Translations under genes and position numbers: made by a program | In this document: one piece after another, positions 49,818 to 58,963 of the stretch | How the letters are laid out: every line of letters starts with the position of its first letter | How positions within the stretch are numbered: position 1 is the stretch's first letter | Notes under the pieces: model-generated | Told to the model about the DNA's origin: nothing | Seen by the model: the letters and a program-made list of their open reading frames with translations, nothing else | The model's database searches: none | Virus record (IMG/VR): IMGVR_UViG_3300034374_008984 | Span: 1-64,000 of that record | Direction: 5' to 3' (one strand) | DNA: 64,000 bases | DNA from: a virus

Positions 49818-50476
49818 AACTCAAAGAGTGTATAGAGATACTTCAGGCGTCCCTCAGTGGAGGCGTGTTCACGGCAGAGGGCCTTACCGATGTCAAGTTC
49901 ATGGAGTCCGTCCTCGCAACGGCCCGGGCAGTGTGCATCAAAGAGATGTACCTCACGCAGAACAACATCCACGAGATCTACTACCAGCACGTCTATCTGG
50001 ACTACGAGGAGGACATCCAGGAGGACGACTGCTACACCGTGTTCAGGTACCCCACGATACTCAACATCAACACACAGGTTGACGGGCATTCCTACATAGG
50101 GCAGAGCAAAGGGGATGCGAGTTGGAAGCGCATCAAGAGTCACGCGCAGTGGGCCAACTTTCAGAAGGCCCGGCCAAGACGCATAAAGGACGAGAGCATC
50201 TACTACCTGTTGGAGCCTCAGTACGGGCTTGTCAAGGTGTTCAAGGAAAAAGGCACCGTCAAGAGAGCTGTCGGGTATTCAATCTTCGCAGACCCCCTCG
50301 ATAGTCTGATACCCTTCAACAGGCAGCTTGACGAGTACCCTATCACGCCCGAGTGCATGGCCCTTGTCGAGCAGTACCTGAGACAGGGCAAGTTCGAGAA
50401 GTACTTGCAGAGGCCGTCTAACATGATCGCAAACGGGGCGGATGATGCACAGTTGATGATGACAGGTCAGCAATGA
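49814..50476 (+). CDS. Putative tail ring protein
   Basis: IFADP...DEYPI motif; synteny with crAss-like tail genes. Confidence 0.55.
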   Translation: MKLKECIEILQASLSGGVFTAEGLTDVKFMESVLATARAVCIKEMYLTQNNIHEIYYQHVYLDYEEDIQEDDCYTVFRYPTILNINTQVDGHSYIGQSKGDASWKRIKSHAQWANFQKARPRRIKDESIYYLLEPQYGLVKVFKEKGTVKRAVGYSIFADPLDSLIPFNRQLDEYPITPECMALVEQYLRQGKFEKYLQRPSNMIANGADDAQLMMTGQQ

Positions 50477-50805
50477 CACCGCTATACAGGGACATCGAAC
50501 TGGAAAAGGAGTTCAAGAGGTTCCGCAGAAGCCCCGAGGGAAGGCGTCCATACTTCGATGCGCTATGGACAACATGGGAAATTATGAGGGCAAGCGACCT
50601 GAAAAGACTGCCGAACAACACCTTTGCCCTTGTCCGCGCAAACTTGTACCTTGCAGGGCTGCACTTCAACATTCTGCCTGAGCAGAAGAAGTTCTACGAC
50701 TACACGGTATGGTTCATGGAGAACAGACTGAAAAATACAGGGGCAAAAGGTTATTGTAGATGCGAAATGTCCGAACTTTACAGCCCTGCAAAGGATAAGA
50801 GATGA
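50473..50805 (+). CDS. Hypothetical protein
   Basis: 110 aa, ATGA-coupled. Confidence 0.6.
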   Translation: MTPLYRDIELEKEFKRFRRSPEGRRPYFDALWTTWEIMRASDLKRLPNNTFALVRANLYLAGLHFNILPEQKKFYDYTVWFMENRLKNTGAKGYCRCEMSELYSPAKDKR

Positions 50806-51515
50806 GATTCAGTGAGACAACATACGACCAGATAATCGCTATGGCGAAGTTCGGCCTGAACCTCGAGAACACCACCGACCACGACCCTTGGTTCATGCTC
50901 CTCCTCGATGAGTGCATGAGAGGAGTGAAGGACAGAAGCATAGAGGAACTCAGGACAGAGATCATCCCCCTCGATGAAGGCACCGCCCCACTCCCTTGCG
51001 GGTTTCTCCGCGCTATGGCTGTATGGTTCCAAAGCAGTACAGGCCCATGCACCCTTGCCCCGTATGTGGACAGGAACATAGTCAACTACTGCGACTGCGG
51101 GGTGGACAACGTGAACCTGACCGCCCTCGGGACATCCTATCAGGTTAACGGCAATCACATCGTGTTTCACAACCCTATGGCGATCTCCGCAGAGGAGGTC
51201 TCCCTCGCGTACCTCGGACTGAGGCTCAACGAGAACAATCAGCCGGTCGTCCTCGAGAGTCATTCCCGCCTCGGTGCCGCCTTCATCACATGGAAGTTCA
51301 AGACGAAAATGGCCTCCGCAGAGAGGAACGCAGGGATGAGAAACCTTATGCGGAACGAGACAATGGACGCCAAGAGGGAGTACATGGCGCAGAAACGATA
51401 CGTGGAAGGCGAGAGCAACAAGCGGCAGTGGGATGAGGACAAGAAATCAATCGGGAGAACCTTCAACGCTTGGATAACAAGGCACAACAAGAGGGGTCTT
51501 TACAGTATGCCGTAA
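50802..51515 (+). CDS. Putative tail tubular/ring protein
   Basis: A.LPCGF; Y..NG..I.F; V.LAY.G...E.N.P motifs; directly upstream of the stabilisation protein. Confidence 0.55.
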   Translation: MRFSETTYDQIIAMAKFGLNLENTTDHDPWFMLLLDECMRGVKDRSIEELRTEIIPLDEGTAPLPCGFLRAMAVWFQSSTGPCTLAPYVDRNIVNYCDCGVDNVNLTALGTSYQVNGNHIVFHNPMAISAEEVSLAYLGLRLNENNQPVVLESHSRLGAAFITWKFKTKMASAERNAGMRNLMRNETMDAKREYMAQKRYVEGESNKRQWDEDKKSIGRTFNAWITRHNKRGLYSMP

Positions 51516-51529
51516 GAACGCACTGAGAC

Positions 51530-54500
51530 ATGGCAGACAAGATCACGCGCATAACCCCTGCGGGGAACATGGACAAGGATTCCGACCCAAGGTATGTCGG
51601 AAAGGGAGAACGCGCAGGAGATTACCTCGATGCAAGGAACATTCAAGCAGTATCCGAGGACGGCAACCTGCAAGGCTCCGCTATACCTACAAAGGGATGC
51701 GTATTAGGCTTTGACCTCGGCAGCGTCACTCAGCAGAACAAGCGGTACAGGATATTCCTTGACGGGGATGCCACGAAGCAGCACGCGGTAAGGTTCCTCT
51801 CTACGCAGCGGGACGCGAACATACTTATCGGCACGGGGCCGTTACCTGGTCAGGCGGTTGAGTTCAACGGAACGGTCGCAAGTTGCGTGGCAGCATTGCA
51901 AGCAGCGGGTAACGCTGGGGTGATGACCTTCTCAGCGACAGCCACAACGGTTGACGTTACGATGACCGCTTATCCGATGTACCAATGGTACGCGGAGAGC
52001 GTTGGTCAGGACGTTGTTCAGGTGACATGCGTGGCGGAGGCCATACCTGTTGACCTCGCGGGGCCGCTAAAGGACATCGGCAGCTACGACTTACTTGGAG
52101 ACCTGTTCATATTCAGTACGACTCAGGACAACGAGCCGACAGAGATAGCTCCCGACATAATCCTTGTAGGCCCGACATCGGGAGGAACATACATAGGCCC
52201 GCTCACGAGTTTGCTCTTCAACGGCAACCATGGACTTGTTCAAGGACAGTGGATACGCATCACGGGCTCGAACGAGTCGTTCCTGAACGGCCTGTTCGTG
52301 GTGAACTCAGTAGTGGATGCCACTCAGATAGAAATCGTGACGGTCACCGCGTGGGGAGTCAGTCCTCCCGTGACCACCCTCGGAACCCCGCAGGTGTTCA
52401 TCCACCCGACAGGCATCGGAGAGATAGGTGTCGCTCAGAAGGACGACAACACTGATTCGTGGACTTACACGAGATTGCTCCGGAGCGTGGAGTTGAATTT
52501 TGTGAGTCGTTGGCAGGTGGATTCCGATGGGGAAAAGGAGGTTAATGAGGTGTCCATCTACTTTGATGACGATTACAATAATTACAGGAGAATATATTAC
52601 AAAGGCGATTACGTCACCGATGGGCTTCTCGGCTTTATTGGGGCAGGGAATGATTATTCATACGGGAATATCAATTCTCAGATATACGGATTCAGTCCTA
52701 AGCCTTATGTGATAATTGATTATGACGGCCAATCGAACCCGGGTGGAAGTCTGGTGTCCGGAAATTACAGGTACTTTTTTGTCTTCAAGGATTTTTCTGG
52801 CAATGAATCCAATCCATCAGACCTGTCAGGTGTTGTCGTGGTCTATTCTGATGAGGAAAATTCCCTTGCCATAGGTGACGATGCGGGAGTGACAACCAAC
52901 AAGTTGACAAGGTTGACTGTCAGTGGGATTGATACATCGGTATTCTCTCAGGTCGCGCTCGGATACGTGAACAACACGCTTGGGGTTCTTTCCGCTAACA
53001 TAGGCCCTTTTCGAGAGGTGTCGGGGGTTGAAATGAGTTTTGTCCATACTGGGTTCGAGGAGTTCATTCCTTACGATGTGGCCGTATTTGCGTCTCAATG
53101 GAACTCTTTGAACTATGACTTTGCAAAGAACATCCGAATAATAGACCAACGGATTGTGAGGTCGAATCTTAGGAAGCCAAGATATGCTGACCTTGAGGAT
53201 TTTTTCGCTTCATTCAAGCACTCTGTATGCGTTGAAAGGATAGATGGCACACAGGCCCCGTCCGCATCAAACCCTGCTGGGGAGTTCAAGGACACTTCAA
53301 ACGTGTTCTACAAAAAGGGGTATATGTTCAATGAGACCTATCGGTTCTCGGGTAGGGTCGTTTTTAACAACGGTTCAATATCGGACTGGTTTTGGATTGA
53401 TGACATCAGAATCGACCCACTCACATCAAACGCGGCAAATCCCAATGATGACAGGAGAGACCAATCCTCCCCCAACATCGCCACGTCATACGACCTTACA
53501 GAGAACATACCCGGGATAGCTATATCCCAAACAGGCAGAAAGACCCCGGACGGCAGCGTTTTCGATTCCAATGGCAACCTTGTCAGCAACCCGCAGAATG
53601 GTGTCGGGGATTATTTCTCCGATTCAAGGTATTTTCACAAGACCGTGCTCGTTCCCTATGTGGAGTTTTTTGGAGCAAACATAAATGCACCGATAAACGG
53701 CACTCCCTTATCCTCATTGATTTCACATATAGAAATTGGCAGGTGCGAGGTCGTCAAAGAGGTGATTGCAACAGGTATGGCAGTGTCCTCTGTTCGGATA
53801 ACAACATCAGATGACCTCAACGTGCCCGGGGAGGATTTTCAATCTGTTCAAGGCATTTTGAGAGGGCCTTCACTTGTGGGGACATTTTCTATAATAAACC
53901 AAGGCTCTAATCGTCTCCCGGACACAAGGCTTGGTCTTGGAGTGAGGACCGGTGACAGGGATGGGGTTTTTGAGACTTTTCACGAGTATCCATACGTGTA
54001 CTCTTCATTTCCTATGACAAGGATGGTAACAGGCTCAACCCCTGCTTCGTCTGCGCTGCCATTCATAACGACTCACCTTTTGGAACACTTCGTTGTGACC
54101 TTTCAGCCTGAGGGTTCGTGGGTGAACACGTTCCAAGGCTTCAATGACGGGTCAACCCCACCGGGTGTTTCTGTTTACTACCCATCCGCAAACGGTGTTG
54201 ACTTCTGCATGAACGACATACCGACCACTGAGGAGGATTCCATTGGCACATCAACGACTCTGAACAACTTCGGAAACAGGTTAAAGTCTGAGAGGAGATA
54301 CCACACCATATATTCCCCTGATCTGATATTCGGGCAACAACAGGAATTTGAGCCATCAACAATATCTTCTGTAATAGATTTCGGGGAGGCTTTTCTTGAC
54401 ATGACTCAGTTTTCAAATACATTTTACTGGAAAGCTGTTTCAACAGGGAGTGAGGATGTTCAGATTCCATCATGTGTCAGTAGATACATCCCTGAGAACA

Positions 54501-56569
54501 TGGGTACATCATTCAACGAGTACACCATAGACAGAATCTCAATAATCGGGGCGGGGGAGAGGGTTAATATGGACGGCTTCAATGGATTCAGGAAGGCACA
54601 TGACGCCTTTTCATTCTTTGCCGGGCAGTTTATCGGTGGGCCACCCCCAACCACCCGAAAGATTGGTTATGAAGGGTTATGGAAGATGATTGAAAGCCCG
54701 GTTGTTTTCACTGAGAATAATGGCCTCGGCATAGTTTCTCAGGGTAAAAATCCCGACCACGGCATCAGGTACATTCAACTGTTCACGAAAAAGGATGACA
54801 AGTACGGGGATAAATCCGAATCCACATACCTCACTACAAACACTGTTCTCGACATCAGGGAAAGAGAACCTTTCGGAGATATACAGCCGGGAGAGATAAA
54901 AGTTTTCGGAGGAGACACTTACACACAGCAATCCTATCTCAAGACCAAATTTTCAGATGTCTCCGTGAGTCCGGGTGCAAATGATGGAGAATGGAGCACT
55001 GACGACACCCTGATGTCCGCAACCAAGGGACCTGGGTTCGGGGGAGGTCTTTTCGTCTATACCCAAAACAGGGTCAACTCGCAACTCAGATTCGACACGG
55101 AAGATCAGTTCATTCCATTGAAGGATACCAATACGCTCGGTGAGTGGGCATGGGATTTCCGATTACTTGATAGGCACACGTATTCAGGAATATATGACGG
55201 TGACGTGTCGGATGGCCTTACTCAGGCATCAGGAAACGAGGGTCTTGACCCAACGAGATTTGATTTCCCTTCAAGGATCGTATGGTCTCAGAAGAAAATC
55301 TACGGGGAACTTTCCGACTCGTACGCGATGTTCCTTCCTTTTGACCTGAAAGACCTTGATCTCAGGTTCGGGGAAATAATGCACCACGAGAATGTGAACG
55401 GTGAACTATTCACTCTTCAGTTGCGGAAGTGGATGGCGCAGCTCTTCAACACCCGTGGAGAACTCCAAGTGTCGGGCAATGCGATAGGCGCAGTCATCGG
55501 TGATGGCTCGGTACTTTCCCGTGACGGGCAGACCCTTTCCCGCTACGGCACGGAGAACAAGTGGTCATGCGTCCTTGGAACGAGCCAAGGCGGCAAGGAT
55601 GTCCTCTATTGGTTCAATGCCGAGAACGGCCTCTTTCTAAGATTCGGTGCAGACGGCACGGTAATAATCTCCGACACAAGGCGTTTCAGGTCGTTCTCCA
55701 ACAAGGCCGCCAAGTGGGTTCGCGGGAAGGATGCCCCCGCATTCGAGCAAGGCATCAGGGCCGTGTGGGACGACCGCAGCAAGGAGGCCATCTGGACATT
55801 CACCGGCTGGAGAGATGTTGCGGAGTGGGCCCGTCCTGGCGTCATCATCCCGTCCACAACAGAAGGCACCGTTGTCAGCAACCCCAACGCACCATCCCTC
55901 ACCTACGAAAACCTCCCAAGGTTCTTCAAGGCAAAGAGCACCCACGCTAACCTCCTTTCGAGAGAGCCGGGGGTCGGGGCTGATTGGCAGGAGTTCTTCG
56001 AGGAGATACCCGTGACGGACACCGACTACTACTCCGTGTTCACGGTGGCCCACAACGAGATGACCAACGGCTTCAAAACGTTCTACGGGCACATCCCGAA
56101 GACCTACTTGAAGTGGCGGGACACATTCCTTTCAAGCCACCCCATATTCAGGAACCTCATCTTTGAGCACAGGAAAGGGGATTACTGCACATGGTACGGT
56201 AATGAGGCAAAAGGAATAGCCCCAAAGATCGAGGACGCCCATGTGGAGATGGTCGTCAACGAACTCCCCGAGCAAAGCATGAGAGGGGTCGCTGTCAGCT
56301 TCCTTTCGGACAACGCCCCCGACAGAGTTGATTTTAGCACCCCGAGACAGAGAACATTCTCAGAGTCTCAGGACTTTGTCCGCAGGGATGATCAGTACTT
56401 CGCGCCTATAAGAGGAGATGTGTCTCAGGGCCTTGCACCGAACCAAAGCAGAGTTGCATTGTCGGGTGATTACTTGCGTGTCAAGTTCACTATCTTTGGC
56501 GGGACTTACAACCTACTTCACAGCATCATTGTCAAGATAAGGGACAGGATGCGAAGGATAAATAACTGA
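51530..56569 (+). CDS. Tail stabilisation / muzzle protein (P22 gp10-like, crAss-like)
   Basis: 1679 aa; MDKDSDP..Y.DARNI start, FGGDTY, FPSRIVWS, GDYLRV end. Confidence 0.7.
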   Translation: MADKITRITPAGNMDKDSDPRYVGKGERAGDYLDARNIQAVSEDGNLQGSAIPTKGCVLGFDLGSVTQQNKRYRIFLDGDATKQHAVRFLSTQRDANILIGTGPLPGQAVEFNGTVASCVAALQAAGNAGVMTFSATATTVDVTMTAYPMYQWYAESVGQDVVQVTCVAEAIPVDLAGPLKDIGSYDLLGDLFIFSTTQDNEPTEIAPDIILVGPTSGGTYIGPLTSLLFNGNHGLVQGQWIRITGSNESFLNGLFVVNSVVDATQIEIVTVTAWGVSPPVTTLGTPQVFIHPTGIGEIGVAQKDDNTDSWTYTRLLRSVELNFVSRWQVDSDGEKEVNEVSIYFDDDYNNYRRIYYKGDYVTDGLLGFIGAGNDYSYGNINSQIYGFSPKPYVIIDYDGQSNPGGSLVSGNYRYFFVFKDFSGNESNPSDLSGVVVVYSDEENSLAIGDDAGVTTNKLTRLTVSGIDTSVFSQVALGYVNNTLGVLSANIGPFREVSGVEMSFVHTGFEEFIPYDVAVFASQWNSLNYDFAKNIRIIDQRIVRSNLRKPRYADLEDFFASFKHSVCVERIDGTQAPSASNPAGEFKDTSNVFYKKGYMFNETYRFSGRVVFNNGSISDWFWIDDIRIDPLTSNAANPNDDRRDQSSPNIATSYDLTENIPGIAISQTGRKTPDGSVFDSNGNLVSNPQNGVGDYFSDSRYFHKTVLVPYVEFFGANINAPINGTPLSSLISHIEIGRCEVVKEVIATGMAVSSVRITTSDDLNVPGEDFQSVQGILRGPSLVGTFSIINQGSNRLPDTRLGLGVRTGDRDGVFETFHEYPYVYSSFPMTRMVTGSTPASSALPFITTHLLEHFVVTFQPEGSWVNTFQGFNDGSTPPGVSVYYPSANGVDFCMNDIPTTEEDSIGTSTTLNNFGNRLKSERRYHTIYSPDLIFGQQQEFEPSTISSVIDFGEAFLDMTQFSNTFYWKAVSTGSEDVQIPSCVSRYIPENMGTSFNEYTIDRISIIGAGERVNMDGFNGFRKAHDAFSFFAGQFIGGPPPTTRKIGYEGLWKMIESPVVFTENNGLGIVSQGKNPDHGIRYIQLFTKKDDKYGDKSESTYLTTNTVLDIREREPFGDIQPGEIKVFGGDTYTQQSYLKTKFSDVSVSPGANDGEWSTDDTLMSATKGPGFGGGLFVYTQNRVNSQLRFDTEDQFIPLKDTNTLGEWAWDFRLLDRHTYSGIYDGDVSDGLTQASGNEGLDPTRFDFPSRIVWSQKKIYGELSDSYAMFLPFDLKDLDLRFGEIMHHENVNGELFTLQLRKWMAQLFNTRGELQVSGNAIGAVIGDGSVLSRDGQTLSRYGTENKWSCVLGTSQGGKDVLYWFNAENGLFLRFGADGTVIISDTRRFRSFSNKAAKWVRGKDAPAFEQGIRAVWDDRSKEAIWTFTGWRDVAEWARPGVIIPSTTEGTVVSNPNAPSLTYENLPRFFKAKSTHANLLSREPGVGADWQEFFEEIPVTDTDYYSVFTVAHNEMTNGFKTFYGHIPKTYLKWRDTFLSSHPIFRNLIFEHRKGDYCTWYGNEAKGIAPKIEDAHVEMVVNELPEQSMRGVAVSFLSDNAPDRVDFSTPRQRTFSESQDFVRRDDQYFAPIRGDVSQGLAPNQSRVALSGDYLRVKFTIFGGTYNLLHSIIVKIRDRMRRINN

Positions 56570-56575
56570 GAACGC

Positions 56576-57358
56576 ATGGCAGTTCCTGTAATGGCAATAG
56601 CAGGGTTGGCGATGGGTGGCATTCAAGCGGCCATATCCGCATCGAAGGCCAGCAAGCTACCTGAGAACAGACCTTATACCGTGTCCCCTGAACTCAAGGC
56701 CGCCTACACAATGGCCCGAAGAAGGGCTGATGAGGGCTATACCCCAGAGGAGCGGGCCAATTTCGAGCAGATGTTGGCAAGGCAGGGGACAGCGGCCAAG
56801 CAGATGTTCCGCAATATGGGACTTGCGGGAGCAGGTTCCGCAGCGGCAAATATCATGGGCATTGATGCCCTGAATCAGTTTGCGGCAACAGGCGCGGGTA
56901 TTCGGAGGCAGAATGCAGGAGATTTCTACGGACTTGCGGGACAGATGCAGAACGTGCAAGACCAAGAGACCAACAGGTTTAATCAGCAGGTCAACATGGA
57001 AGCGCAGGCTCTCGGTCAGGCCATCCAAGAAGGAGGAATCAAAAACATTATGGGCGCGGTCGGGAATTTCCAACAGTTTCAAGGCCAGCAACAAGCCATC
57101 GACATGTACAAGAACATGGGTGTTGGAGGCAATTCAGGAGCGGGGCTTTTATCAGGGCTTTCAGGGATACTCGGTCAAATGAACCAAGCTGGAGGAAATT
57201 CATCTCTTGCAGCTGCGCCTCAGACACAAGCAACGGCACAGGCACCTGCATGGAATTTCGGGCAAGGCTTGATGAATCAGCCTCCGCAGCAGGACATGTA
57301 CGGATTCAATCCCGGCTTCGCCCCAAGCACTTTTTCAAACCTGTTCGGAACTCTGTAA
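56576..57358 (+). CDS. Putative ejection (internal virion) protein
   Basis: Hydrophobic Gly/Ala N-terminus, Q/A/G-rich; follows the tail protein. Confidence 0.6.
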   Translation: MAVPVMAIAGLAMGGIQAAISASKASKLPENRPYTVSPELKAAYTMARRRADEGYTPEERANFEQMLARQGTAAKQMFRNMGLAGAGSAAANIMGIDALNQFAATGAGIRRQNAGDFYGLAGQMQNVQDQETNRFNQQVNMEAQALGQAIQEGGIKNIMGAVGNFQQFQGQQQAIDMYKNMGVGGNSGAGLLSGLSGILGQMNQAGGNSSLAAAPQTQATAQAPAWNFGQGLMNQPPQQDMYGFNPGFAPSTFSNLFGTL

Positions 57359-57361
57359 GCA

Positions 57362-58963
57362 ATGGCAAACAACCTCAGCACAGGTATCGGGCTGTCAGGA
57401 CAGTTCGACTATTCCCAAACAGGGCTTGAACCCGTATTACAGGCGGAGCGGGACCTTGCGGGGAGACGTGCGCAGGAGCAGCAGCAGAAGAACAAGGAGA
57501 GGAAGGCTTTGCTGGACGAGATCAAGAAGGTGACCCTTATGGATCACGGCTTGAAAATCCCCCTGTATCAGCGTCAATGGGAGTCCACGATGGCAGATGC
57601 CATGACAGAGATTGTTGACAAGGCCGCAAAAGGAGAGGATGACGCTTACGCGGCAGCGTGGAACCTTCAAAGGAGAATGAAGAACTACACGCAGGACCTC
57701 AAAGCGGCTGACGAGGAGCTGTACAATGTCTATGAGGCTGTGAGGAAAAACCCTGAGAAGTATGCGTGGAACGACCCGCAGGAAATCATGGAGAAGACCT
57801 ACAACAACTTCTTTGAAGTACTGAAAGACCCGTTGATGGCAGATGTCAACAACATGAGGGAGGCCATGAAGTACTACGGAGGCACGGAGTATCTTCTTCA
57901 AGAGAACGACCCCGAGTCTATTTCGAGAGGAGCTCCCCCATTCACCGTTCACTACAATCCTCAAGAGATGGTGAACCCACTTGACTACGCCATGGAATTG
58001 GCAAAGGAGAAAGCTCAATACGACCAACTTGAAATGGGTAAGCCGTTCATGGTCGGAGGCAAGATGAGAGCAGAGGAGGTTTACAGGATGAGTCCTGAGA
58101 CAATCGGACTGCTCACTGATGAGGCGTTTCAGAACATGGGCGTTCTCAGAAATTACGAGGAACGTCTGTTCAAGAACCGTCCCGACAAGAGCATGACAAG
58201 AGCGGAGTTCCAAAAAACTGATTGGATTGAGGATGCAAGATTGCTTCACGAGCAAAAAATCAAGCCTCAGTTGCAGAGAATGGCTACAGGGCAAGGCACG
58301 ATTGACGTACCCCTACCAACCCCCAAAGAGGCCAAGCCGTCAGCCTTTGAAAGGTCATGGAGTGTTTCAGCACCAGCGCAATCTGAGTACGGCATCGCTG
58401 AAGGAGCGAGAATGGATGTAAACGAAGTGAACTTCTATCCAACGGCAGGTAGATCAAGGCAGCCCGTTAACATGCAATTCCCTGAAGGAACTCTTCAGCT
58501 TAACCAAGAAGGAGAACTCAAAAAAGTGGAGTTGTCTTCAAGCGAAGTTGTTCCCGCTGGAGTGACCTATGTAAGGAAACACACTCAGTTGTCACTCCCC
58601 GAGGGCAGGAAGCTAAAGACATTCTTCAAGTACAACGGTGACGGGATGACCTATTTCGTTCCGTTGCGACAAGGGTCTTTTGAAGAATTTGTCGGCAGGA
58701 CGGAAGCGAAACCAGATGAGGTTTACAACAAAATCAAAACACTGCACGGGGGAGACAAACAAGTTATCGAACAGTTCGATGAGTTTTTTAAGGGGCTTGG
58801 GATGACGCAGCAGGGAGGAAATCAGAAGCCATCCAGCAACACGGCAACTTCAACCTCTTACACGAACAGGCAGAAGGTTAGAGACGCCAATGGCAACTTG
58901 TTTGAAATTGGAGTAAAGAATGGAAAGTGGTATAACATAGCCACAGGAAAAGAAGTCAACTGA
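57362..58963 (+). CDS. Putative ejection (internal virion) protein
   Basis: 533 aa, helical, lacks Cys. Confidence 0.55.
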   Translation: MANNLSTGIGLSGQFDYSQTGLEPVLQAERDLAGRRAQEQQQKNKERKALLDEIKKVTLMDHGLKIPLYQRQWESTMADAMTEIVDKAAKGEDDAYAAAWNLQRRMKNYTQDLKAADEELYNVYEAVRKNPEKYAWNDPQEIMEKTYNNFFEVLKDPLMADVNNMREAMKYYGGTEYLLQENDPESISRGAPPFTVHYNPQEMVNPLDYAMELAKEKAQYDQLEMGKPFMVGGKMRAEEVYRMSPETIGLLTDEAFQNMGVLRNYEERLFKNRPDKSMTRAEFQKTDWIEDARLLHEQKIKPQLQRMATGQGTIDVPLPTPKEAKPSAFERSWSVSAPAQSEYGIAEGARMDVNEVNFYPTAGRSRQPVNMQFPEGTLQLNQEGELKKVELSSSEVVPAGVTYVRKHTQLSLPEGRKLKTFFKYNGDGMTYFVPLRQGSFEEFVGRTEAKPDEVYNKIKTLHGGDKQVIEQFDEFFKGLGMTQQGGNQKPSSNTATSTSYTNRQKVRDANGNLFEIGVKNGKWYNIATGKEVN

